This document shows, piece by piece, positions 11,691-24,300 of a DNA stretch of 64,000 nt (its first letter is position 1; each line of letters begins with the position of its first letter). The notes under the pieces were generated by a model that saw only the letters and a list, made by a program, of their open reading frames with translations, did not search any database and was not told where the DNA came from. The position numbers were made by a program, and so were the translations under genes. The DNA is from Octopus vulgaris. Taxonomy: Eukaryota. The DNA lies in contig OX597835.1 of assembly GCA_951406725.2 (NCBI GenBank), positions 27,342,001 to 27,406,000 of the forward strand, in the 5' to 3' direction.

Positions 11691-14600
11691 CTTCTTTCAG
11701 TTTCTGTCTACCAAATTCACTCACAAGGCTTTGGTTGGCCCGAGGCTATAGTAGAAGACACTTGCCCAAGGTGCCATGCAGTGGGACTGAACCAGGAACC
11801 ATGTGGTTAAGAAGCAAGCTTCTTTCCACACAGCCATTCATGTGCCTATTACTTTGGTGGGGAAAACAAAAGTGTGTTCTCAATCAAATTTTTATTATTT
11901 AAATTTTGATTAAAATTTCTTTCTTTTATTTTTTTTCTTGAAGGAGTTTTCTCTTTGGAAACATAAACTCTGGAACTTCTTTGCTTGGTAATGAAGAACT
12001 TCAGCGCTACTTCCCTAATCGTAAAGTGAAGCTTTTCATCGGTTCATGGAACATGGGGGAATCTAAAGTAAGTTTGAGAATTGTGGTAAAACTTCTTTGA
12101 TGTCCTGAAACTCCTTTGCTACAACATGTAGCAGTGGAGTTGCTTTTGTCATTGTTGTTGTTGGTGGTGATGGTGGTGGCAGATGTGATGGGCTCAGCAG
12201 TGGTTGTGGTGTTGGTCATGGCAGTGGTGATGATGGTAGTGGTGATTGTGGTGGTGACATCATTGGTTGTGGTGTTGGCTGTGGTAGTAGTGGTTGTGAT
12301 GGTAGTGGCAGAAATGTTAGTATGCCAGGCAAAATGCTTAGTGGTCTTTCGTCTGCTGCTACGTTCTGAGTTCAAATTCCGCCATGGTTGACTTTGCCTT
12401 TTATCCTTTTGGGGTCGATTAAGTACCAGTTATGCACTGAGGTCGATATAATCGACTTCATCCGTCTGTCTGTCCTTGTTTGTCCCCTCTGTGTTTAGCC
12501 CCTTGTGGGTAGTAAAGAAATAAGTAGTGGTGGTGGTGATTGTGATGGTGACATCAGTGGTTGTGGTGTTGGTCATGGCAGTAGTGGTTGTAATGGTTCT
12601 AGTGATGGTAGTGGCAGCAGTGGTGCTGGTAGAGAGTGGTGGCGATTGTGATGGTGACAACAGTGATGTTTGTTATGGTGGTGGTGGTGGTTGGGTTGGA
12701 GGCACATGGCTTAGTAGTTAGGGTATTGCACTAGTGATCGGTAAGATGGCAGTTTCGATTCCAGGACTGGTCAACGTGTTGTGTTCTTCAGCAAAACACT
12801 TCATTTCATGTTGCTCCAGTCTGTTCAGTAAAAAAGGAGTTATTCTGTGACAAACGGACATCCAGTCGAGGGGAAGAATAGGGGCAGGTGTGGCTGTGTG
12901 GTAAGCAGCTTGCTTCCCAACCACACGGTTCTGAGTTCAGTCCCAATGCATGGCACCTTGGGCAAGTGTCTTCTACTATAGCTTTGGAGCCAACCAAAGT
13001 CTTGTGAATGGATTTGGTAAATGGAAATGGAAAGAAGCCTGTCATATATATGTATATATATCATCATAGGTTAAAGTCCGTTTTTCATGCTGGCATGGGT
13101 TGGATGGTTTGACTGGGGTTTAAGAAGCCAGGAGGCTGCACCAGGCCTCAATCTGATCTGGCAGTGTTTCTACAGCTGGATGCCTTCCCTAATGCCAACC
13201 ACTCCGGGAGTGTAGTGGGTGCTTTTTACATGCCACCAGCATAGGGGCCAGAGGAACTGGCATTGACCACGATCAGATGGTGCTTTTTATGTGCCACTGG
13301 CACGGAAGCCAGTCAAAGTGGAACTGGCATCAACCATGTTCGGATGGTACTTTTTACGTGCTACCGGCATGGGGCTCTCAACTACAATTTCCATTTGATT
13401 TGATTTTGATATTGCTGTTGATGTTGACGTACTTGACTCAATAGGTCTCCTCAAGCACAGCATGTCGCCCTATGATCCAAGGTACTTTTGAGTGGGCTGG
13501 TTATGCGACACTGGTGTAGGTTACAGCTGTGGACTCCTTTTATTTGCCGGGTCTTCTCAGTCATGGCATTCCTCCAGAGGTCTTGGTCTCTTGTCATTGT
13601 CTCTGTGAGGCCTAACATCCGAAGGTCATGCTCCCCCCACCCATCTTGATCACCACAATTGCTGGCCTTATGCCAAAATTTGAAATCAATATTTGACCAT
13701 TGCTGTTTGAGGATATCTTTTTTTTCTACCATTATCATCAATAAGAAGGAATTATCTTTCAGTATTAATTAATAACGAGCTATTACTCTTTTTCAGGATA
13801 TTACAACCCGTAATTTAGAAGATTTCATTTTACCGGAATCCTGTGAATTGGTCCAAGATATATATGTTATTGGAACACAAGAAAATGCTCTCAATAAGTA
13901 AGTTGGTTATACAAAAGAAAAAAAATCTTTTTGATATAGTTTGGATTTGTTCTATTCTGCGATAAAATAAAAATATCAACAGGTAAGAAGCTTGCTTTGC
14001 AACCACATGGTTCTAGGTTCAATACCACTGCATGGCACCTTAGGAAAATGCCTTGGGCTGACCAAAGCCTTGTGAGTAGATTTGGTTGATAGAAGCTTAT
14101 ATATATATGTATATCATCACCATCGTAATCAAATGTCCATTTTCCATGCTGGCATGGGTTGGACAGTTTGACCAGAGCTGGCAAGCAGGAGAGCTGCACC
14201 AGGTTCTAATCTGAATTGATTTGGTTTCTGCAGTTTGATGCCCTTCCTAAGTTCAACCACTTTACAGTGTGTCCTCGGTGCTTTTAACATGGTACCAACA
14301 TATATATATATATAAGAAATTCAATAAATGACAAAGGAACAATAAATTATGTAATGAACAGCATTGGCTTACAGCTGTTTCTGCTATAGATGCAAGCACT
14401 CAGAGCTGAGTACTTGTGTATCACCTTGTAGCAGAAACAGCTTTAAGCTAATGAAGTTCATTGTCATTATCATTGTTATATGTCCGCTTTCCATGCTGGC
14501 ATGGGTCGGATGGTTTGACTGAGGACTGGTGAGCCAGAGGCTGCACCAGGCTCAGTTTGATCCGAAAAAGTTTCTACGGGTTGATGCCCTTCTTAATGCC

Positions 14601-14922
14601 AACTACTCCGAGAGTGTAGTGGGTGCTTTTACGTGCCACCGGCATGAGGGCCAGTCTGGTTGATAAACATGTTTATATTCTGAAAGTATACTCTTTACTC
14701 TTTTACTTGTTTCAGTCATTTCACTGTGGCCATGCTGGAGCACCACTTTTAGTTGAAGAAATCGACCCCAGGACTTATTCTTTGTAAGCCTAGTACTTAT
14801 TCTATCGGTCTCTTTTGCCGAACCGCTAAGTCACGGGGATGTAAACACACTAGCATCGGTTGTCAAGCGATGTTGAGGAGGGGAACACAAACACACAAAC
14901 ATATATACACTCATACATACAT

Positions 14923-14960
<38 letters not shown>

Positions 14961-14997
14961 TAGCATGGAAAGCGGACGTTAAATGATGATGATGATG

Positions 14998-15036
<39 letters not shown>

Positions 15037-17782
15037 TATATACAACGGGCTTCTTTCAGTTTCTGTCTGCCAAATCCACTCACAAGTCTTTGGTCAGCCT
15101 GAGGCTATAGAAGAAAAGACTTGCCCAAGGTGCCACACCGTGGGACTGAACCATGAACCATGTGGTCGGTAAGCAAGCTACTTACCACACAGCCGCTCTT
15201 GCACCTATCCTAATGTAATCTTCATTGCCCTCTGATAACCCTGATGATTTTCCTTATAAGGTATTTAAAATGCAAAATTATATTTTTATATATGTTTTGT
15301 AATTTTAATCTTATTTGAGAAATGAAACAATTATTGGTTAATATGTTGATTAATTAATAAATTAATTTGTATACATTAGATATGTGTGTGTATATATATG
15401 TATATATATATAAGTTCAGCAAAATTTAGATTCAGATGAATATGGTACTTAAGTTAAAGGCACTAGAATATTGTATGGTAATTATCCATATAAATCAAAT
15501 GGGGTGATTATAATCAAAATAAGCAACAAGGATATCCGAGGTAGTTTAGTGCAATCGTTTCATGCTACTTCATTTTATTAAACACTGTAAGTATTACATC
15601 AGTTTTAAAATGTCGAGCAGTCTTCAGCCACATATAGAATTTTTTAATTAAATGGACAATGTACATTTTTATACTTATTTCATTTGCCAACATTACAAAG
15701 AGGGTAGATATATAGACAGAGAGGTTAATTTCATCATTAAGAATGTGGTGGTAATATGTTCTCCATCTGTAGATTTTTTATCTATATATATATATAGTGA
15801 ATAAGAGTGACATTCTCCAATGAAGGTGCGTTAAATTTGTTGTGTTTTATTTTCAGGAGGCAATGGGAAATAACTTTACAAGAAACTCTCGGCCCCTCTT
15901 ACGTTCTTTTCCACTCAGCATCTCTTGGTTCTCTACACATTGCTATCTTCATGCGGAGGGACCTTATCTGGTTCTGTTCAAGTATGTGTCCTTTGTCATT
16001 TTTCTTTTTTGTTCAAGCCTGCTTTTATTATTTATTATTATTAAGAAGGCAGCAAGCTGGCAGAATCGTTAGCACGGTGGATGTAATATTTAGCTGCATT
16101 TAGCCTGTCACTATACACTGAGTTTAAATCCCACCAAGGTTGACTTTGCCTTTCATCCTTTTGGGGTGGCTAAATTAAGTGAAACACTGGGGTCGATGTA
16201 ATTGACTGGTCCCCTCCCCCCAAAATTTCTGGCCTTGTGCCTATAGTAGAAAGGAATATTATTATCATTATTATTATTATTATTATTATTATTAAGATGG
16301 CAAGATGACTGAATCATTAGCATGCTAGAGAAATTACTTAGCAGCATTTCTGCTGCTTTTACATTCCGAGTTCAAATTCCACAGGGGTTGACTTTACCTT
16401 TCATCCTTTCGGGGTCACTAAAATAAGTACCAATTGAACAGTGGGGTCTATGTAATCGACTCTTCCCCCAAGCTACCTGTATGGAAAAAATTAAAAATAA
16501 TAATTATTATGATTATTAAAATGCAACAAGCTGGCAGAATCATTAGTATGCTGGGCAAAACGCTTAGAGGTATCTTGTCTGTCCTTACATCCTGAGTTCA
16601 AAATCCAGTGAGGTTGACTTTGCCTTTCATCTTTCTGGGATCAATAATTTCGGCCCTTGTGTAGTAAAAAGGATTATTAGTTGTTTTTCACGTCCCAGTT
16701 GTGCACTGGGGTTTAATGTAATCAACTACCCCCCCTCTCCCCCACAAAATTTCGGGCCTTGTGTAGTAAAAAGGATTATTGATTGTTTTTTTTCACGTCT
16801 CCTTCCTCTTGTATAATAACGCTGTCTAATTATTATTGGCCCCTTTTGGGTATATTTGTCAGCCAAACCAGATCATCAGAATCCATCCATCCAGTCATGC
16901 TCAACCAATTCATTCTGATAACCAGCGAGTAGAAACTTTCCTAATTAAGGTTCTCATGTCGCCTTACTGGCACCTGTGCCGGTGGCATGTGTAAAAAGAT
17001 TCAAGCGGTCATTGCCAGTAGCGCCTAAATGGCCCCTGTGCCGGTGGCATGTAAAAAGCACCCGCTACACTCTGAGTGGTTGGCGTTAGGAAGGGCATCA
17101 AGCTGTAGAAACTCTGCCAGATCAAGATTGGAGCCTGGTGCAGCCATCTGGTTCGCCAGCCCTCAGTCAAAATCGTCCAACCCATGCTAGCATGGAAAGC
17201 GGACGTTAAACGATGACGATGACATCTCATTCCCTGATTCCCTGAAATAACATTAACGAGGTCCCAACACTGCTGAGTTGCCTTACAAGGTGTTTATCAT
17301 CAATCTGTAGCTGTTGAAGAATTTAATTCTTGTCTTACTTTTCTTTTTTGTTATTTTTCCACATTTGTCGTTCATGTCGCATTTCCTTGTTCGTTCTTGT
17401 CAGTACCTGAAGAAGACTCCATCACCACAAGAGCTGTCACTATGATTAAAACAAAAGGATCTGTTGCCGTGGCGCTGACATTTTTTGGTACCTCCATGCT
17501 ATTCATCATTTCTCATTTCACAGGTAAATACCTTGATTTATTAGGAAAGCTTACATAAAACAGATTATTACCTGTTATATGTGTATGTGTGTCTATGTCT
17601 GTGTGTGTGTGTGTGTGTATATATTTACTCTTTTACTTGTTTTGACTGCGGCCATGCTGGAGTACCGCCTTTAGTTGAGTAAATCGACCCCAGGACTTAT
17701 TCTTTGTAAGCCTAGTACTTATTCTATTGGTCTCTTTTGCTGAACCGCTAAGTTACAGGGACAACCTCAGACACACAAACAT

Positions 17783-17853
<71 letters not shown>

Positions 17854-18330
17854 CATACATACATACATACGACGGTGTCCTTCAGTTTCTGTCTACCAAA
17901 TCCACTGACAAGGCTTTGGTTGGCCCGAGGCTATAGTAGAAGACACTTGCGCAAGGTGCCACACTGTGGGAATGACCCGGAAACATATGGTTGGTAAGCA
18001 AGCTACTTACCATACAGCCACTCCTGCAGTTATATATATATATACATGCACACAAACTTACACAGATGATAGCCTATATATATATATATATATATACACA
18101 CATAGGAAAGGGTGCTGAAAAGTTGCTGGCTTTAAGGCTATTGCGAAAGGCCTGTTTGGAGGCCCAACTTTCCAAGTTCTTTTACAGAGCTTAGTAAAAC
18201 TAAAGGTCTGCTGCAATAAGTGTGGGACTCTGAGAGGGTGATATGTTAAATAAAATCGTAATTAACTCATCCCCCTGTATTTTCTTTTACCTAAAGCCAG
18301 AAACTTTACAGCACCTTTACTTCATATGTA

Positions 18331-18369
<39 letters not shown>

Positions 18370-21300
18370 TTTCCTCTTTTACTTGTTTCAGTCATTTGAC
18401 TGCGGCCATGCTGGAGCACCGCCTTTAGTCGAGCAAATCGACCCCGGGACTTATTCTTTTGTAAGCCCAGTACTTATTCTATTGGTCTCTTTTGCCGAAC
18501 CGCTAAGTGACGGGGATGTAAACACACCAGCATCGGTTGTCAAGCAATGCTAGAGGGACAAACACAAACATATACACACACACACACATATATATATGAC
18601 AGGCTTCTTTCAGTTTCCGTCTACCAAATCCACTCACAAGGTTTTGGTCGGCCCGAGGCTATAGCAGAAGACACTTGCCCAAGATGCCACGCAGTGGGAC
18701 TGAACCCGGAACCATGTGGTTGGTTAGCAAGCTACTTACCACACAGCCATTCCTGCGCCTATATATATTGTCGAAGTCATAAGAATCTTAGAAGCTTTTG
18801 CAAGTGTGAACTAATTCTTGTTTTGGGACAGTGGATCTTGAAGCACAGGATCTATAAAATGCAGCATGTGACCAAGCATTCCATCAGTTATGACAAATAG
18901 GCGCAGGAGTGGCTGTGTGGTAAGTAGCTTGTTTACCAACCACATGGTTCCGGGTTCATTCCCACTGCCTGGCACCTTGGGCAAGCGTCTTCTATTATAG
19001 CCCCGGGCCGACCAAAGCCTTGTGAGTGGATTTGGTAGACGGAAACTGAAAGAAGCCCGTCATATATATGTATATATATATATGTGTGTGTGTGTTTGTC
19101 CCCCTAGCATTGCTTGACAACCGATGCTGGTGTGTTTATGTCCCCGTTACTTAGCGGTTCGACAAAAGAGACCGATAGAATAAGTACTGGGCTTACAAAA
19201 GAATAAGTCCCGGGGTCGAGTTGCTCGATTAAAGGTGGTGCTCCAGCATGGCCGCAGTCAAATGACTGAAACAAGTAAAAGAGTAAAGAATATGTGTTTC
19301 ATTTGATTCGATCAACGGAACAGCCTGCTCATGAAATTAACGTGTAACCTTAATGTAGAAAATTACTATTTTTAAATCTCATAACATGAGATATTCAGCA
19401 ACAGTACTTTGGAGTAAAGACTGTTTGCCAACATAACATGACAGTCCTGGTTAGGACGAATGTTGCTGTAATTTAGCCCCAGGAGGCATCGTCTCCAGCT
19501 GGCTATACAACATGATCTGTGTCCTTATATTTTCTAACTAGGGAAATAACCCAGAATCGCAATACACAGATATTGTTTGAGCTGAGTGGGGGGGTGCTAG
19601 ATTCCATTGTTTGAAAATATAAGGACACAAATCGTGTCGTATAAGCCAGCTGGAGATGATACCTCCTGGGGCTAAATTACAACAACATTGCCTTTCATCC
19701 TTTCAAGGTCAATCAATTAAGAACCAGTCAAGTGCTGGGGGTCAATGTAATCGACTATCCCTTTCCCCACAGTCATTTGACTGCGGCCATGCTGGAGCAC
19801 CGCCTTTAATCGAGCAACTCGACCCCGGGACTTATTCTTTCGTAAGCCCATTACTTATTCTATCGGTTTCTTTTGCCGAACCGCTAAGTAACGGGGGACA
19901 TAAACACACCAGCATCGGTTGTCAAGCAATGCTAGGGGGACAAACACAGACACAAGCACACATATATATATACAGGGTCAGGCAAAATGATATGACACAT
20001 TTGTATGTTAAATAAAAGGCAAATGAAGTAAAGAAACAAAAAAGTGTTTTTATTTTTGAAAAGTACATATAATGCCATTTTGTTTCATTATGTTTTAAAA
20101 ATCATATCAGTCAAATGGGATCCATTATTGTCCACATACTGTCGAAGGCGTTCACGAAAGTTGTCAATAACTCGGCGGGTCATTTCATGTGGAATGGCAG
20201 TAATTTCTTGACGAATTGCATCTTTAAATTGTTCAATAGATCGAGGGTGATTAATGTATACCTTTGACTGAGGTGTCTCCAGAGAAAAAAATCGCACGGA
20301 TTTAAATCAGGTGAACGGGCGGGCCAACCGATGTCACCACGCAATGAGATCAAATGACAAGGGAACATATTCCTCAAAATCCCCATCGCACGTCGAGAAG
20401 TGTGGGCTGTTGCCCCATCCTGTTGAAACCAAACATTGTCCATATCGTGGAGCATATTCAATTTTGGTCTGAGAAAAGTCTCTGATTTAAATCTGTGCGA
20501 TTTTTTTCTCTGGGGACACCTCAGTCAAAGGTATACATTAATCGCCCTCGATCTATTGAACAATTTAAAGATGCAATTCGTCAAGAAATTACTGCCATTC
20601 CACATGAAATGACCCGCCGAGTTATTGACAACTTTCGTGAACGCCTTCGACAGTATGTGGACAATAATGGATCCCATTTGACTGATATGATTTTTAAAAC
20701 ATAATGAAACAAAATGGCATTATATGTACTTTTCAAAAATAAAAACACTTTTTTGTTTCTTTACTTCATTTGCCTTTTATTTAACATACAAATGTGTCAG
20801 ATCATTTTGCCTGACCCTGTATATATATATATACATTTATACGATGGGCTTCTTTCAGTTTCCGTCTGCCAAATCCACTCACAAGGCTTTGGTTGGCCCA
20901 AGGCTATAGTAGAAGCTACTTACCACACAGCCACTCCTGCGCCTTTCCTATTGTAGGAAAGATTATTACTATTATGAGGCGGGAAGCTTGCAGAATCATG
21001 AGCACACTGGGCAAAATGCTTAGCAACATTTCATCCGTCCGTCCTTACCTTCAGAGTTCAAATTCCACCGAGGTTGACTTTGTCCTTTCATCCTTTCAGG
21101 GTCGATAAATTTAGCACCCATGAAACACTGGGCCAATGCATTTGACTAGTTCCCCTCCCCCATAATTTCAGGCCTTGTGCCTTTAACAGAAAGGATTATT
21201 ATTATTATTAAATTATTATATCAGATTGGAGCCAGGTGCAGCCTACTGGCTTGCCAGTCTTCAGTCAAACCATCCAACCCATGCCAGCATGGAAAGCAGA

Positions 21301-24300
21301 CGTTAAACGATGATGATGATAATTAGATCTTTTTATCTTAGTATCACACAAGAATATTAAGAAATTTCGTTTTGCATTGTTTACATTGTAGCATCCTACC
21401 AAAAGATGGCTGATCGCATGAGCGACTATGAGAAGACCATCCGTGACTTGAGATTGCCAAAAGGGTCCCAGCTCAGTGGCAGTAAAGGTACAGTGCTACC
21501 CCCTTTCTTGCTTTCTTTGCATATTTTTTTTTATTTGTTTCAGTCATTGGACTGTGGCCATGCTGGGGCAACCAACACCTTGGAGGGTTTTACCAAACAA
21601 ATCGACTCCAGCACTTTTTTATTATTACTGTAGTTCTTACTCTATCGGTTTCTTTTGCCGAACTGCTAAGTTACAGGAACATAAACGAAGCAACACCAGT
21701 TGTCAAACAGTGGTGAGGAACAAACACAAATGTATGCATATATGACGGGCTTCTTTCAGTTTCCTTCTACCAAAGCCACTCACAAGGCTCTGGTCAGCCC
21801 AAGGCTATAGTAGAAGACACTTGCCTAAGGGGCCATGCAGTGAAACTGAACCTGGAACCATGTGGTTGGGAAACAAGCTTCTTACCATACCTCCACACAC
21901 ACACAGACAATGGATTTCTTTCAGTTTACGTCTACCAAAGCCACTCACAAGGCTTTGGTTGACCCGTGGTTATGGTAGAAGACACTTGTCCAGGATGCCA
22001 TGCAGTAGGACCGAACCTTGAACCATGTGGTTGGGAAGCAAATTTCTTACCACACAGCCACCTACCTATTACCTATGATCACGGATGCACATACACACAT
22101 ACTCCCACCTACACATCATAACCTTTAACCTTTGTGTGTGTGTTATCTGTTTCCTTTTTCCTTGTAGATGTTACATCTCGATATGATTCTGTCTTTTGGA
22201 TGGGTGATTTCAACTTTCGCATCAATGGAACAAAGTGTCCGTTGTTAGAGGAAATGGTGGTGAAGGACGACGCCAGGCCAAGACCAAATTTTGAAAAAAT
22301 TCTTCAAAGTGATCAACTAATGGGGCTTCTCAATGAAGGTATGTTTTTTTTTTGCTTGTTACCTTGCATGCAAAAGCAGGATATTGTAGTCACTTGTCTT
22401 TGTGTGTTTGCAAAATTACTGTAAAACTGCTGAAGAGATTTTCACCAAATTTGACAGAAATACTCCTCAGGTGAGTGGCTCAAACTCATTAAATTTTGGT
22501 TGGATTATCTTTAAAACTGGCAGATGGGTAAATCAAAGTGTTTTGCTTTTCTTTGTTACATATGCATAAACGATAAGCAGGGGAAATAACTCGTCATTTT
22601 TTTTGAAATATGAATTTGTCCACGAATATATTTAAATTAAATTTAATTCTATCCTTGTGTGAGCGCAGGGTATGCATCACCCCTATGATGCCTTTTTTTG
22701 CATTTTTGTTTTGTTTTAATTTTTATTATTCCTTTTCGCTCCTTATTCTGTTGCTCTGTTCTGGCCAGTGATGTGCCATGGTGAATTACATACCAAAGTC
22801 AGATTCCCAAACAAGCTGAGGTTGCGGTTGTCTATTAAAAAATCATCTTTCCTTGTTTCTTGTCATACTGGAGCACTGTCTTGAAAGATTTAGCTAAACA
22901 AAGTGACCCCTACATTACCAGCCTCTCCTCTCCAAGGGAAAAGCAAAGGCTGCTACAGCTTGGCACCAGTGACGTAGCAACTCATTTCTACAGCTGAGTG
23001 ATCTGGAGCAACGTGAAAAATAAAGCGTCTTGCTCAAGAACACAACACACAGCCCGGTCCTGGAATTAAACTCACAACCTCATGACTGTGAGCTCAACAC
23101 TCTAACCACTGAGCCATGCACCTTAGATAATACTGCCATGAAACTCACAAGGTTAACCCCTTCGTTACTGTATTTCTGTTGAGGTGCTCTGTATTTCTTA
23201 CAATTACTTTAACTATTACAAAGAATTTAGCAAAATAACTTAGTTATCATTAAGCTAGTGTTAGGAATATAAATTGTGACTAAGGTTTGGTGAGAGATTT
23301 TAATTCAAAACTTATGAAAACAAGACATTTGTACTCAGAACCGCTTTCAGCCAGGTTGGTAACAAAAGGGTTAATCTCATTCTCTAACACTGAAAATAGT
23401 GTTTAAACACTTGATGATGTTGTAATTATATTAATTATTGTTTTGTGTTTGTTTCAGGGAAAATATTCAAAGGATTCCAAGAAGGAAGAATCAGTTTCCA
23501 ACCGACCTATAAATTTGATGTGAAGTCTTTAAGCGAAGACGTCTCCGAAAAGGCTTTCTCTTACCACAAGCTACGTACTCCTTCTTACACAGTAAGATAT
23601 ATATTACATATTCTTCTGTTGCATGCTGTGTTCACTTTAGTTTTTTCTCTTCTTTGCTGGTTAGTCATGGATGGAAGGTGCTTTTTACATGGCAGCAGCA
23701 CCCACATTACTGCTCCTTATGTGACCCCTTGACTTTGGGATATCAATTCTGCTGATATACCAATGTGTGATATGTATGTGTTTGTTTCTTTCCACCACTA
23801 CTTGATAACTAGCATTGGTTTATCCTTTTATTTGTTTCAGTGATTTGACTGCGGCCATGCTGGAGCACCGTCTTGATGGGTTCGACCCCAGGACTTATTT
23901 CTTAAGCTTAGTACTTATTCTATCAGTCTCTTAGGCCAGACTGCTAAGTTATGGGGACATAAACACTGGCTGTCAAGTGGTGATTGGGAGACGACACATG
24001 CACAAAGACACACACATAAATATATATATAAATATGGAGGTGCAATGGCCCAGTGGTTAGGGTAGCGGACTTGCGGTTTTGATTCCCAGACTGGGCGTTG
24101 TGAGTGTTTGAGCAAAAACACCTAAAGCTCCATGAGGCTCTGGCAGTAGGGTGGTGGCGATCCCTGCTGTACTCTTTCTTCTGTCGGCCTGCTTGCTTAG
24201 TCAGTGTCATTTGAAGGCTAAAACAATGCGAAGCGCATTGTGACCAGCAATGTGTAGCAACATTTGATAGCCTGGTCGGTCACGGTGATATATATACATA

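Noticed and set aside
12007-12721. Thr-rich and Val-rich ORFs resembling mucin or membrane proteins
   Set aside because: Degenerate (GTG/GTT)n repeat in INPP5E intron 2, interrupted by a SINE.
18901-18975. tRNA-like sequence with A/B boxes
   Set aside because: It is the head of a SINE and continues into the SINE body; not a tRNA gene.
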